Source: Bdellovibrionota bacterium FG-1 (lineage in GTDB: Bacteria; Bdellovibrionota; UBA1018). From it: DNA of 16,060 bases. The notes beneath the pieces are model-generated. The model saw nothing but the letters and a program-made list of their open reading frames with translations. It was not told the origin of the DNA and ran no database searches. Shown here piece after piece: positions 15,909 to 16,060 of the stretch. The stretch is taken from assembly GCA_051382295.1 (NCBI GenBank), contig JBBCAW010000127.1, forward strand, positions 1-16,060, given 5' to 3'. Position numbers and translations under genes: made by a program. How positions within the stretch are numbered: position 1 is the stretch's first letter; each line of letters begins with the position of its first letter.

Positions 15909-16060
15909 ATGCTCTTTGGCGCCGCCAAAAAACAGAGTCGCATCGCATGGCTCGTACTCGTTTCGTACGCGAGTTCGCTGGCGTCGTTTCCGGCTTGGGC
16001 CTCGCCCGATTCAATGACTTATGACAATGACAAGTTCAAGCCTCCGGAGGTCACTCAAAG
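15909..16060 (+). CDS. 5' end (partial) of a secreted protein paralogous to the 311-2800 protein
   Basis: GGGGGA precedes ATG 15909. Translation MLFGAAKKQSRIAWLVLVSYASSLASFPAWA-SPDSMTYDNDKFKPPEVTQ aligns with MLKNSRRIYSWIVLASYLGSI...AHA-SGDSMQYDNTKYTPPDV. Open to the window end, so absent from the ORF track. Confidence 0.85.
   Translation, partial: MLFGAAKKQSRIAWLVLVSYASSLASFPAWASPDSMTYDNDKFKPPEVTQ

Overview
Bacterial accessory region, probably from a Bdellovibrionota or Myxococcota-like organism (inferred from protein style only). From left to right: (i) the end of one gene and a complete 829-aa gene for secreted, Gly-rich-tailed proteins that share a C-terminal DIWH-x6-IF-x-IV motif; (ii) a small defence-type cluster with a Uma2/DUF820 nuclease-fold gene, a convergent MNT-HEPN pair and a decayed AAA_14/DUF4143 ATPase; (iii) four co-oriented, Cys-rich predicted lipoprotein genes that form two paralog pairs, one with about 12 Kelch repeats inserted into the shared domain; (iv) a Y1/HUH (RAYT-like) transposase with a sigma54-type promoter, flanked by 76-bp near-identical direct repeats, each an inverted doublet of ACTTC-N9-GAAGT; (v) the start of a paralog of the 829-aa gene, absent from the ORF track. 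A third, diverged copy of the hairpin element lies at 4802-4878, so copies bracket both the lipoprotein cluster and the transposase. All family calls come from motif recognition by eye; no searches were run.
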